A stretch of 64,000 nt of DNA, from the NCBI GenBank assembly GCA_002269645.1, contig NIVC01002505.1, forward strand, positions 102,509 through 166,508. The letters are read 5' to 3'. The stretch's first letter is position 1, and each line of letters begins with the position of its first letter. Origin of the DNA: Macrostomum lignano (Eukaryota). This document shows, piece after piece, positions 51,377 to 64,000 of this stretch. A program made the position numbers and the translations under genes. The notes beneath the pieces were generated by a model that was not told the origin of the DNA, searched no databases, and saw only the letters and a program-made list of their open reading frames with translations.

Positions 51377-54300
51377 ATGAACAGAATTCAAGAGCACGCA
51401 ATGAAAGAGGTAAGACTACGGATTATTAAGTAGTTCTTCACGTTTACACTCGACTGACTACTGCACTGCCAATAAGTAACCAAATATATCAAACGTAAAA
51501 GATTTCAGCAACCGAAGAGACTCCAACAGACACAAATTTGGAACAAGTATCCATGCAGCTTGAAAGCACAACAATAAAAACTGAACCAAAAAATCTGCTT
51601 TACTCAATCCTGGATGTGCCTCCAATCAGCCAGTGCATTCTGCTCGGTTTGCAGCACTTCATCACGATGATGTCCGGCACTGCAATTCTACCTACTCTAC
51701 TGTTCAAGGCTCTGTGCATCACGGAGCTCAGTGACCAGTCGGCAGTGATTTCGTCCACATTTTTCGTGATGGGCTTGGCAACCCTGCTGCAGACGGTGCT
51801 GGGCACCCGACTGCCCATCATCCAGGGCGCATCGGCCGCGTTCTTCGTTCCTACATTTGCGATTCTGGCTTCCGATAGTTTATCGTCGTGTCCAGTAATC
51901 TCGTTGGACAGTGGGAATGCAACCCATGAAATAATTTCGGCCACAAACAACACTCCAGTCTGGATGGAGCGAATATCCACTGTAGGAGGTACTCTTGCAA
52001 TCGCATCTGTATTCCAAGTACTATTGGGTGCCACAGGTCTTACCGCAGTGATGATGCACTACATTGGACCCTTGGTGGTTGCGCCCACCATCTGCCTGAT
52101 CGGACTGTCGTTAGTTCCGATTGCATCGGCTAGCGCTGGTGGAAACTGGCTCATCGCTCTGCTGTAAGCATATGTATTAAAAAGCACACGAAGACCCCAC
52201 CAGTCATACCAATTAATACTAAAAATGGACTAAAATTGCTTTAAGATCGCATCCATCATAAACCACAAACTTTTCGCAGCGTTTGTCTTCTAATTGTGAT
52301 ATTTAGCTACGTGCTCGATGCGATCAACGTACCGGTGCCAACTGTTCGGCAGTGTCGATTGCACTTTGTCCGACTTCCTTTGTTTAAGTCGTTTCCGGTA
52401 AGATTAGATAGATCTACTTCCTATGTCGTACGATACGATTAGTAATTTCTTTCAAGAACTATACTCAAGCATATTTTTGCTCGGTCAGTTTCATAGTTTC
52501 ATTTATGTGACTTTTGATACATCTAGTAGATAATTAAGTTTTCTTATCATTGTGCAGAACATGCGGATGTCTTTAAAGATTTTCTGACCGACGAGCATAG
52601 CGAATGTGACACAGCATAAGTGGAGGGCGGTCAAACCTCGCGAAGGCAGACCGATCGAGACCGGTTACTGGCCTGTTTTCCTTCCTCAGTACGAGCTAAG
52701 TCATAGCCACAGGTCGTCCTCTCCCACCACTCTCTTATTGTGCGCAGAAATTTCTTCTATGCTTTTATCTTTTTACATTATAATTTTCGATATTTATTCA
52801 TCTACTTTTCTCAGTAGTCTAAGTTGAAACTTTCGCAGATACAATTACATTAACGTTTAATCGAAAAGGCGAGACTGACCCTTTAGCGTTGAAGCTGTTT
52901 TCACATACATACACAAGTTTTTGCATTTTTACAAGACAACTTGGATAAGAAATAAAGAAATTGCTATCAGCAAGGCTTCAAAGCGTTCCTTACAAATTAA
53001 CTAAGTACACACGCATTACCGTTACTCCTTTGTAGGTACTTCTTTCCGTGGGCATCACCTGGGCACTTTGCGGCATCCTAACCGCCTCGGGAGCCTTACC
53101 TAATAATCCGAAAGCTTGGGGCTACGCTGTCCGTACTGACACGCGTTCAAGGGCGTTCGCCCAAGCCGATTGGTTCCGTCTGCCATATCCGGGCCAGTTT
53201 GGGACGCCTCGAGTACTTTTTGTCGGCGTACTGGGCATGATGGCCGGCTCACTTGCATCTATTGTTGAAAGCATGGGCGACTATGTGGCTGCTGCCAAAC
53301 TGTCTGGAGCGCCGAGGCCTCCGGCTCATGCGGTCAACAGGGGTAAGATAAAGTCGAAGTGAAACCCCGACGCATTCAAGATATTCTCTGTATTTCTCGA
53401 AGGCATTAATATTTTATAACAAACTAGAAAGTTCCGTTTGTACTCCATGGTTTCAATTTTGCCAACCGATTATTGTGTTAAAGTACTCAATGCAAGTGAA
53501 GGATGCAGTGTTTTGCTTCTCCGTCAAACCAGAAGATCTGGTAGACCGACAATCAACGTGATATAGCGGTGAAGTTATTGGCATCAGGAGTACCCACAAA
53601 AGGCCCAAAAATAGATAGATACAAAATTTTTGTTTGTATGCATCTTTGTTATTTGAACATCACTGTGACATATCGACCTAAATTGGTAATTACCTTCCTT
53701 TTGTAAATGACAAGTAAAATTTTTGCTATATTTTTTTACTATTTTTATGCTTTAATGATTCATTATCATACATAGTATGGTACATAGACCTATAGAATGC
53801 ACTCGACTTAATCCCCTCCCTACCCAAAATACAGGTGTGATCATAGAAGGTGTGGCTTGCATTCTAGCCGGCATATTCTGCTTGGCCACCGGCAGCACCT
53901 CCTACAGCGAGAACATCGGCGCCATCGGCATCACTCGCGTCGGTAGTCGTCGGGTAATTCAATACACAGCTGTAATCATGCTCATTCTTGGCATCTGTCC
54001 CAAAGCTGGGGCGGTGTTTGTCTCTCTACCTGAGCCAGTAATTGGCGGCTTGTTCCTTGCAATGTTCGGCATGGTGGCGGGTGTTGGCTTGTCCAGTCTG
54101 CAGTACGCCGATATGAGCAATCAGCGAAATGTGTTTATAGTTGGAAATGCGTTGGCTTTTGGACTGGGCGTGCCACATTGGCTGAAAATGTCGGCACCTG
54201 ATGGTGAAGGCCTGTCGCATGCAGAATCTCTACTAGCTGATGTAAACAGTGGAGGTAATTGTAGCTGACATGTATAGACACTTACTAACCTAGGTTGGTA

Positions 54301-55225
54301 CTGTAAACTGACTGCTCCGAATGGACTTGACCGATTACGTGTCAATCACTCCTTCCAAACTTTGTAACACTCATGTCACTGCAATCGTTGATTAAACAAG
54401 AGGCATCAAAAAAAACTTTTTCAGGTTTTCTTTTCAGATTTATGGAACAATTTTTGTTCAATCACAAAGAAAGTTGAAATTGTGGAACGTTGTGGTTCTT
54501 GTTTAAAGTCACAAGTTTTACTTTTTAGGTTAATAATAAACACCACCACTAGTAGAGAAGAGTGAAAACTTTCGAGACACCACAAGACAAAATCGCAAAA
54601 GTTTTTATACGAAACATTATTTGAATCATCCTAAACTTTCAGCTGGTCGTGTCGCACTCGAGACGTTGCTGACATTGCTGAAAAATGAAATTTTCGTAGC
54701 AGGTATTGTCGCTTTCGGACTAGACAATGGCTTAAAAGGTGACTAAATGTGTCATTATCCGACAATTTTATCGATTAAAACCGAAATAAAAGAACGCAAC
54801 ACTTGATATAGTCATCGAAATGAGCTGGAGGCCGGTAATGAACGAACAAATTCGGTCGAGAAAAATCCGCGCTAGAAAATCCGATTTCTGGAGAGTATAA
54901 TAAATGCACTAACGATGTACGATAATATCCGTTCCATACGGACTTCTGGCTCATTTAAACAAGCTAACCGTTCTTTTACTTCATTGTTTTCTGTTCCTAA
55001 CATTGCCTTTCTTCCCTGACAGGATCGGTGGTAAACCCAAGCCTGCCTCGATCGAATGAAGTCTCGACTGACGTGGACACAAAACAAAGTGACGAGCAGT
55101 ACACGGCGGAGAGCCTCGAGTTCTACGACATCCCTTTCGGTCGAAGACTATTCGCGGGCCGACTGCCGCTTGTGCCGCCGTTTCTGCCTAAATATTCGGG
55201 CAGACAGACAGCTGGAGCTAGCTAG
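51377..55225 (+). CDS. SLC23A: SLC23/NAT (NCS2) nucleobase-ascorbate transporter, paralogue A, ~612 aa
   Basis: Exons 51377-51409 (tentative), 51502-52163, 52280-52397, 53036-53342, 53835-54254, 54643-54738, 55023-55225; total 1839 nt. Motifs [19 protein letters not shown] and the NAT signature [19 protein letters not shown]. Met 51553 is an alternative start. Confidence 0.9.
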
Positions 55226-55919
55226 TTTGCGCAGTTGCTTGCGAAATCTCATCAACGTTTAAATGGGTTGTTTTCTGTCACTAATTCAATATTTAGTCTA
55301 TAAATGTTTATATTTATAGACTAATGTTTTCTGATCAAATTGAAACTTTTACTTTCCTATAATTTTGCGGTGTTCTAAGAATGTCCTAATGTTTAAATGA
55401 ACAGGTAGCTAATTATTTTAATAAGTTATCCATGCAGTACTGTACGTATTTAATAGCAAGTAATCTAATTAAATAAATGTTTAATTTGTTAACAAACACG
55501 GCATTTTAGATCACCAGAAAAAGAATTTGTGAAAGAAATGTATTAAAAAATAAATTATCTATGTTGCACTAACAATACACTATATATTTTAATCGCCTGC
55601 AGCTCGCAACTACATGACAGTTGTGAAAACCAATTGTTAAAAATACAAGATATGCATGCAGTCTCCCCAATATTCTTACTGCGCCTGTAAAAACGAAACT
55701 GCGAAGAAATTGCGAATTTTCTAATTGCGGCACATTTTCACGCTCGAAATTGCATTGCTGTTTTTATATATAATCGCCTGCAATGAAACTGCACAAAATA
55801 ATATTTAATTTAAAAAAAAATTTCCGCTCTAAGATAAAGCCAAATAAATACCTTGAAATTCGGGTGAGTACCTAAATGCACACCTGATATAGAAAGATGT
55901 ATTTTTTATTTATACTGAT

Positions 55920-56290
<371 letters not shown>

Positions 56291-57406
56291 TTGATAGCTT
56301 TATGCAGCTTTGTTTTCAATATGTTGTGCGCAAAGTTCGGAAATAGCACAAAATTATTTAATGGCTTTTCATGGTGGTTAAATTCTCAAACCCATATCGT
56401 GAGAGATTTGAGTCACAATCGGCAGATTTAAGCCCTTGTATTGAAAAGACGTTGCTCGTGCAAATTCAACTTTTAGAATCAATGTAACGTTTGTTATAGT
56501 ATAAACACTACCCTGTTAGATCGAGCCACAAGCAAGATAAGTTGTTGGCATTATACTGATAAAAGTTTGCTCAAGAACTCACTCCATACTTTACTAGTTA
56601 GTTAGTAGGATTGATTCACAATGCTTTTATCTTCAAGCATGAACATTCAACATGACAGCTAAGCAAGAGATATTGAACCCGTTAAGTTGGCTCTGCGGCA
56701 CAGACAAGATAACAGAATTTGTTAAAAATGGGTTGTAAAATCGCAAAACAACGAAGTTTAGAAGTACTATTGCTAATAGGAAGCACAGTAGGCAGTCAGC
56801 ATGAGCTGTGGAAAAACTTTGAGCAACTGATGGAGTGTAGAAATGTAGAATATTGGAGAGTGTCAAATGGGGAGACCACAGTTGCTGGCCAAAATACATG
56901 AACCCTATGTACAAATTTCATTGCGTGATATTTTGCTCCACCTTATTAATTATCCACCACATATTGTCTTCGTATTTTCGTAATAATGGTAGATTGTTTA
57001 GTATGTCGATGGCTCAAAATTGCAAAAAATTTTGCAAGCTTAATGCAAGCTTATTGTGTGTCTGGGCAAAAGTATACATACAATGACATCTGTGCTGCCT
57101 AAATTGTTAGTTATTATATTGTAAAGCACTTGTTCAGCATGTTGTTCAGTATTTAACTGGGCTGCATTGCTCCAAAACAATCTACCATTGAGGCAGAGAA
57201 GGAGAGGGAAGAGGGGCAGCCAACTGAACCCGAGCAAATTGAATTTTTGCGATAAAATAGCTCGTATAAGCACGGTACAGTCGGTTCGGAGAACACTTCG
57301 GAAACTATTTATATTGCTTGAAGGAAAAAGTTGCTGTCAACTGTATTTTTAGTTCTTTTAAGCAGTTGTTTTACCACGGAGTTATAAAATTTACTCAAAC
57401 AAAGGC

Positions 57407-59287
57407 ATGAGTTCGGATGAGGCACCCAATGGAATCGAACTGGAAGAGGAAATCCAACGCGACCATCTAATTCAAGTAGGTCTTTGACTGATAGTCAGTT
57501 GTGATCGACATTTTAATCTTACAGCGGTATGGCTACAACACTTAAGTGCGTATAATTTATGACGCAAATAGTGCAATCACTATACGTAGCCTTCTCAAAC
57601 GTTATAGTGCACCTCTTTGACCCATACAATATAGCAAAACATATGTAGATGCGCAGTACCACCCGAATAACACTCCTCTTTTCGATCGCTGTCCACAAAA
57701 TGTATTATCGCGATATTGTTTAGAAACGATAAGGCGGTTAAACAAAACAACAGTTATACAGGCAAAGGATGACAAACGAATGAACAGAAAAATAGTATGG
57801 GAGAAGATCGGACAGTAACAGGTTTCGTAAAAGATCACCAGCAGCTACGACAGTTATAAACCTTCAATTGTACATTACAATTGAGCAAAGTGAGCAATGC
57901 TAAAATTGAAGTTCACTGTTGCTCATTCACTTTCTGATCACCCGACCATCACTCATGGCCGAACAGTCTTCTAATTAGTGTAGTGTAGAGGTGTGCTTGT
58001 ACTTTCGCACTCCTGAAGTGCTACGGTGAGCATTTTGTTTCATTATGAGCGGTTAATCATCGTCTGCAATTGGTGTACACTGCGGTATTTATGAATTGAT
58101 AACTATAGAGTAAACTTTAATTAGCTCGTAGCGGGCAAGTAGCAGCAAAAGCATTCACGTTTTTACAAGCTGTAGAAAGAATTGATTAGCGTAAACTGAC
58201 CGAATTTTTTTGCCTCAATTGAGTGATGATCTGACTCATCGCTCATCGATTTTCATGATGGCGTGTATCATGTACCGCGGGGCAATGTATTCATGACTGC
58301 GAATGTCCCCATATTGGACAAAAACACCACTCATCATAAAAGCCTTCGCCATTTAGAGCCTTTGGCTTTTTTACTTCTTTTACCATCTGGAAAGTGCAAT
58401 AGACTAAAAGTCATTCTACAAAAAAATAACGCACTCTACAAACGGTAAACGTTTATTTAATCACCTGACCTGAGGCTTTTTATTCATCATAGAGTGCGTT
58501 AGCCAAAATGTACCCAATCAAAAACAATCCCATTTGCAGAATGTCATGACTGAGGACGCCAATGAAAAAACTGAAGTAGCAGATGATTCGCCCAACTCAG
58601 CCAAAAAGAATCTGCTTTACTCAATTCTGGATGTGCCACCAATCAGCCAGTGCATTCTGCTCGGTTTGCAGCACTTCATCACGATGATGTCCGGCACTGC
58701 AATTCTACCAACTCTACTGTTCAAGGCTCTGTGCATCACGGAGCTCAGCGACCAGTCGGCAGTGATTTCGTCCACATTTTTCGTGATGGGCTTGGCAACC
58801 CTGCTGCAGACGGTGCTGGGCACCCGACTGCCCATCATCCAGGGTGCATCGGCCGCCTTCATGATCCCAACTTTTGCGATCCTTGCTTCAGACAGGCTGC
58901 CCGCTTGTCCCGCTGATCACGTGGGCAATGACAGTTCGATTGACGGCGGCGCGATTAACTCAACTACTAGTAGTAGTCCGGTGTGGATGGAAAGAATTTC
59001 ATTCGTCGGCGGCACTCTGGCCGTATCTTCGCTGTTTCAGGTTATTATGGGCTCGACTGGCTTCACGGCTATCATGGTTCGTCGTATTGGACCTCTGGTG
59101 ATTGCACCAACAATCTGCTTGATTGGATTGTCGCTTGTGCCAGTTGCGGCTTCAAGTGCCAGTAGCAACTGGTATGTTGCCATGCTGTAAGTTACTCGCA
59201 GTCAAAAGATTTATTTGAGTAATTGCTGGAAAATTTTTGTAAGACCGACAGACAGACAGACAGACAGACACACAGACAGACAGACAC

Positions 59288-59318
<31 letters not shown>

Positions 59319-59335
59319 CACAGACAGACAGACAC

Positions 59336-59402
<67 letters not shown>

Positions 59403-59463
59403 CACAGACAGACAGACACACAGACAGACAGACAGACACACAGACACACAGACAGACAGACAC

Positions 59464-59510
<47 letters not shown>

Positions 59511-59511
59511 C

Positions 59512-59605
<94 letters not shown>

Positions 59606-62600
59606 TAGCGTTTCATTGGGTTAACAGTGTACTTCCAAAATGAGGACAACCGGTTTTCAGAAGATACTTTTTATCAATATTTTCAGAGTCTGCATCCTAG
59701 TGATTCTATTTAGCTACGTGCTCGATGGGGTATTGGTCCCACTGCCAATTTTGAGTCAGAGACGAATAAGATGCAGCGGCTTCGCTTTGTTCAAATCATT
59801 TCCGGTGAGAAAATGTTTTTTAACTTTCAAATGGGGTCACTTGTACAAAAAATACAGTCAGTAAAAGTACTTTATATATTAAAACTAAGGATAATATTAG
59901 TTTGTATTCAATTTCAGCGAATGGAATCGTTTAAGACAGGCTGGTAACGCGTTGAACAACACTGTGTTGAAAAGTTGAAGTTGAATCTGTATTTCCAATA
60001 AAACAAACAAATACATGAGACAGGCAACAATAGAATTTTCTGAGCTGGTTCAGCTACCGGAAATCTCCTATCCAGCATTTCCCCTCCAGCTTCAGACTCG
60101 AATCACCGGTGGGGAAACGCTGGAGGGGAAATGCCAGAGGGACCCCTATGGACACATTGATGTCTGGTAACAATTAGCGCTAAGGTAATTACATGTATGC
60201 CCATTCCACCGACTTCTCAGCACTTACAAGCGCATGAATGCTTTACACAGGCACGCACTCATACACAAGCTCACGCAGAGTGTACAGCCGTCCTGACTCT
60301 CTAATCGTCAGACATGTACACTCTCTGTGTCTTGGGGATCGGTCCACATGGCCGTGTATCGCACAACAACCACCGACCAGTTTTCATGCACAAGCCCGTC
60401 ATAAACTTTACCTCCCAGGAAGAACTAGCTTGAAAAAACCTCTAATTTTATGGATAGGTGCTGCTATCGGTCGGCATTGCCTGGGCATTGTGCGCCATCC
60501 TGACAGTCGCTGGTGCGTTTCCCAGCGACCCGGGAGCGTGGAGCTACGCTGCTCGGACGGACATTGGATCGCGGGCCTTTACCGAGGCGGCTTGGTTCCG
60601 CCTGCCCTATCCTGGCCAGTTCGGCGAGCCACGAATTCTCGCCGTCGGCATTCTCGGCATGACGGCCGGCGTCATCGTGTCCGTGGTGGAGAGCATCGGC
60701 GACTACGTGGCTGCGGCCCGGCTGTCAGGGGCGCCTCGACCACCTGCGCACGCCATCAATCGAGGTAATCAATGCAGATGTATGGCTTCTTATGCACTGC
60801 GATAGGGGAGGTCCTGTTGTCTAATTAGTCATACCCCACCGAGCACGCAAGCCTGTGGATAAGTACACAGGCGGTTAAACATTTAGAAGAAATGTATTTT
60901 CTTCAAAGATTTCTTGCATAATGCACCGCATCCAATGGGTTTTCAAGCGAAATTAGACCCTCAAAATTTACTATAATATTTTTAACTACCGCGGTACCTG
61001 AGTTTTAGGTGCGCAATGATCCTTGCTTTTAAAAGAGGTTTGTGGTAGTCGTGTCTTAGTAGTGACTCCAAAGTAGCAGTTTTCTTATCGCTATCTACCT
61101 TTGCTACCTCTGCCCCGACAAGTGCGATGTAAATACATTCATCCACATTTATAACTGTAATAACTTCTCACTTGGGCCTGACCATAGACTGTAAAAACGG
61201 TCTCTGGCACACGTGCATACCTAGATAAGTTTCTGTAGTCTATGGCCGGGTCCAAATGTTTTATTTATTGAGGCCGCGAACAGCTGAGGACACGCTTATG
61301 GGCCGAGGCGGAAAAGTTACATATAAATCACAAGGACCACTAGCAGTAGAAAGTTTGATCATTTTCATAAACTTTTTTTTATTTCAAAAACCCAAAGTTG
61401 TAAATATTCACAAGTAGCATTAACTTCACTTTTTTGTAATATTAATTATAATTTATATTTTTTGTAATAAAGAATATTCGTAATAAAAATGTTGCATGTA
61501 GGTTTAAATGCCGATGTTTACCAATACCATTTTTCATAAACTTGTTGAGCTATTCTTTAGAAAGCTATCGATTTTCAAGCCAGACCTAGCTTAAGGCTAA
61601 GAGCAGCATAGTCATAAAACAAAAGTAACTCTAACCATTTTACTAGGCGTCTACAGTCTATAATTATTATTATTCTCAATACTATATATTGCAAACTTGA
61701 ATCAGACTTACAGAAGACTTATCACCACAATCTGACCACATCAAAGGCGTCATCATGGAGGGCGTAGCCTGCATCCTATCTGGCCTGTTCGGCGTGCCCA
61801 CCGGCAGCACCTCCTACAGCGAGAACATTGGCGCCATAGGAATCACCAGAGTAGGCAGCCGTCGGGTCATCATGTTCTCTGCCGTTATTATGCTATTCTT
61901 TGGCATTAGCCCTAAATCTGGAGCAGTCTTTGTGTCCCTGCCGCAGCCGGTAGTCGGCGGTCTGTTCCTGGCCATGTTCGGCATGGTAGCGGGGGTCGGC
62001 CTGTCAAGCCTACAGTACGCCAACATGAATAACCAGCGCAATGTGTTCGTGGTTGGCTACTCAATCATTCTCGGCCTGGCGCTGCCTCACTGGCTGCGAA
62101 GCCCGTCGAGAAGTGGCGGCATGTCCAATGATCAGGCCATGCTGGTTGGCAAGGAGGGCGGTAAGCACTACGAATGTTCGGCCCCCGTAACTAGGTTCCC
62201 GTTATTCGGTTGTCAAAAGAAATTTTGGAATTTGGGCTAAAATTTTGAGCTAACACAGAATGTCTGCACTGTCTGACGTAACTCATCTAAGAGCCTGATG
62301 AGCTCCGGGATTTTGGTGTCTATTCTAGCTGGTCTGGCTCCGTCCAAGCAACCTGTTGCACCGTCGGGGACTCTAGGCTGCTTCATTTGCACTGAATCAT
62401 ACTGCCAGCATTCGGTGCAGGAAATGCTGCTGCAGACTCTGCAGGGGCCTCACCGGCAAGGACAGGCACTCACTTGACATTTCATCGACTGCCTGCTGTC
62501 TGACGCCGACATTCAGGATTTGAGTTTTGTTGCAGGATCTTCAAGTTACCTGCCACCATAAGGTTGCTCTTTGCGCCAGCTTCCAGTTGTTCCATCTTTT

Positions 62601-63726
62601 AAATAAAGATATGCTACATGTTGAATGTCAATTTAGCTTTATCATTACAAAATAACAGCTGTATACCAATGGTAGGGTGATGGTTTCATTTCCGAAAGTT
62701 GTCTTACTTTACAGGGTCCAAATAACAGCGGCAAATTTCACTCTTCCAAATTCAAATCGGAGTCCATGAAACCGGGAATACTATCAGCAGAATCATACAG
62801 GTAATCTATTGCTTAAACAGAACTATTAATTTCGCCTCGCTTCAATCGAATTTTCAGCCTCGCTCATCGTCTTGGAGACGCTGCTGACTTTGCTAAAGAA
62901 CGAAATTTTCGTGACCGGCTTTGCCGCCTTTCTGCTGGACAATCTCCTCAGGGGTGAGTCGCACGGCTAGGGATATTCTAGCGTTTGCATCGCGTGATTT
63001 TACTTTCAATGAGCTTTTATGAAGCCGTAGAGCTTTTTTGTGAATTAATTTAAGCTATGCCTAGCAGCTTGAAGATAGGAATACATGCCTGGCCCATAGT
63101 CAAATTAATCTGGAGGATCAGCTGATCCAGAATCAAGGACAAAGATGGATTTTTTTAATTTTCATTGATCTGAGGCTTGGTAAAGGATTGCTGAGGCATC
63201 AACTCAGCAACTCAATTACCACAATAATACTTTTACGGGAATTAGCGTAGGTCTAAGTAAGTTAACGAGATCTACATTCTGGAGTCATTTTATGTCAAGC
63301 ATACATAAAATATTGAAAAGAATGTAGTAAAGGTCATTGTATAATCTTAGTAAAAGAAAATCTAAGATAGAGTGGCATGCCATACCAGATCAAAAATGTG
63401 ACTATAGGCTGGTCCGTCAATAAAAGCCAATACAACAGTTTCAATTAAAATTAAAATTTTTAATTAACATCGCAGGTAGTCCATCGGATCGCGGTCTGGT
63501 GGAAGAGGACGGAGCTGACAACGCGGACACGGGTCAGCGCAACGATTTGGATTATTACGATATACCGTTTGGCGTCAAGTTGCTAGGCAACTGGCCGAGA
63601 CTGCATGTGCTGCCGTTTTTGCCAGATTACAGACTCATCAAAAACGATGTTAAACAAAAAAATACTCATCCGAAAGTGACCAAGTTTAAAGCCTTAAGTC
63701 TAAAGTTGCTACGGGCAAATAATTAA
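57407..63726 (+). CDS. SLC23A: SLC23/NAT (NCS2) nucleobase-ascorbate transporter, paralogue B, ~633 aa
   Basis: Exons 57407-57475 (tentative), 58540-59186, 59687-59804, 60458-60764, 61747-62160, 62858-62953, 63476-63726; total 1902 nt. Intron positions and phases match paralogue A, and the same NAT motif [16 protein letters not shown] is present. Confidence 0.9.
59245..59605 (+). repeat. (GACA)n microsatellite in an SLC23-B intron
   Basis: Direct observation. Confidence 0.97.
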
Positions 63727-64000
63727 GTAACAATGCTACGCAGATTTTTGGAAATATTTGTAGTATTGCTTTTGTCAGCCTAACTGAGAATAAAGCCATC
63801 CAAAGTGAGAATCCTGCCTACGCTGACTGCGAAGGGCCTGGCTGCGTGCAGCCTTAGTCTATGGGCCGTAGACAATAAAGGACAAGCAAAGTGATAAAAA
63901 GCCATCCAATGTGAGAATCGATTGGTCTATGCGTCGTATTCTTTATTTTTATACCTTCTGAGCTTCTGAGCCATATGACTAGCAATCCTAGCTTATCCTT

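Noticed and set aside
62295-62302. CTGATGAG hammerhead-ribozyme core
   Set aside because: There is no helix II plus GAAA at the required spacing. The motif is simply part of a ctcatc/gatgag hairpin.

Overview
Eukaryotic (invertebrate metazoan) genomic DNA; the flatworm/lophotrochozoan-like style is my inference only. Six intron-containing genes can be spliced by hand with canonical GT-AG sites. Four are co-oriented on the minus strand: AP-3 delta adaptin (AP3D1), an ankyrin-repeat DHHC palmitoyltransferase, an NR1J/HR96-type nuclear receptor, and a CTP:phosphocholine cytidylyltransferase-like gene running off the left edge. Two are tandem SLC23/NAT transporter paralogues on the plus strand. 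Most introns of the four minus-strand genes carry their own mini- or microsatellite. The 13-kb nuclear-receptor intron is a stack of decayed DNA transposons: hAT, a P-like transposase split by an EnSpm/CACTA element with both termini and a 2-bp TSD, a tyrosine-recombinase-like fragment, and a piggyBac with a 102-bp subterminal array. The most notable observations are: (1) a CCT with an apparent N-terminal hydrophobic anchor, whose exon/donor junction is triplicated inside a satellite and whose first coding exons lie between inverted satellite arms; (2) a minisatellite bracketed by 21-bp direct repeats with a palindromic core; (3) a small dispersed element embedded in (GATA)n arrays; (4) a SINE-like hairpin with compensatory base changes between two copies; (5) a 248-bp gene-conversion tract between the SLC23 paralogues. 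The long ORFs in repeats are artefacts. No CRISPR array, rRNA or intact tRNA gene was seen, and I found no single unambiguous new multi-gene system.
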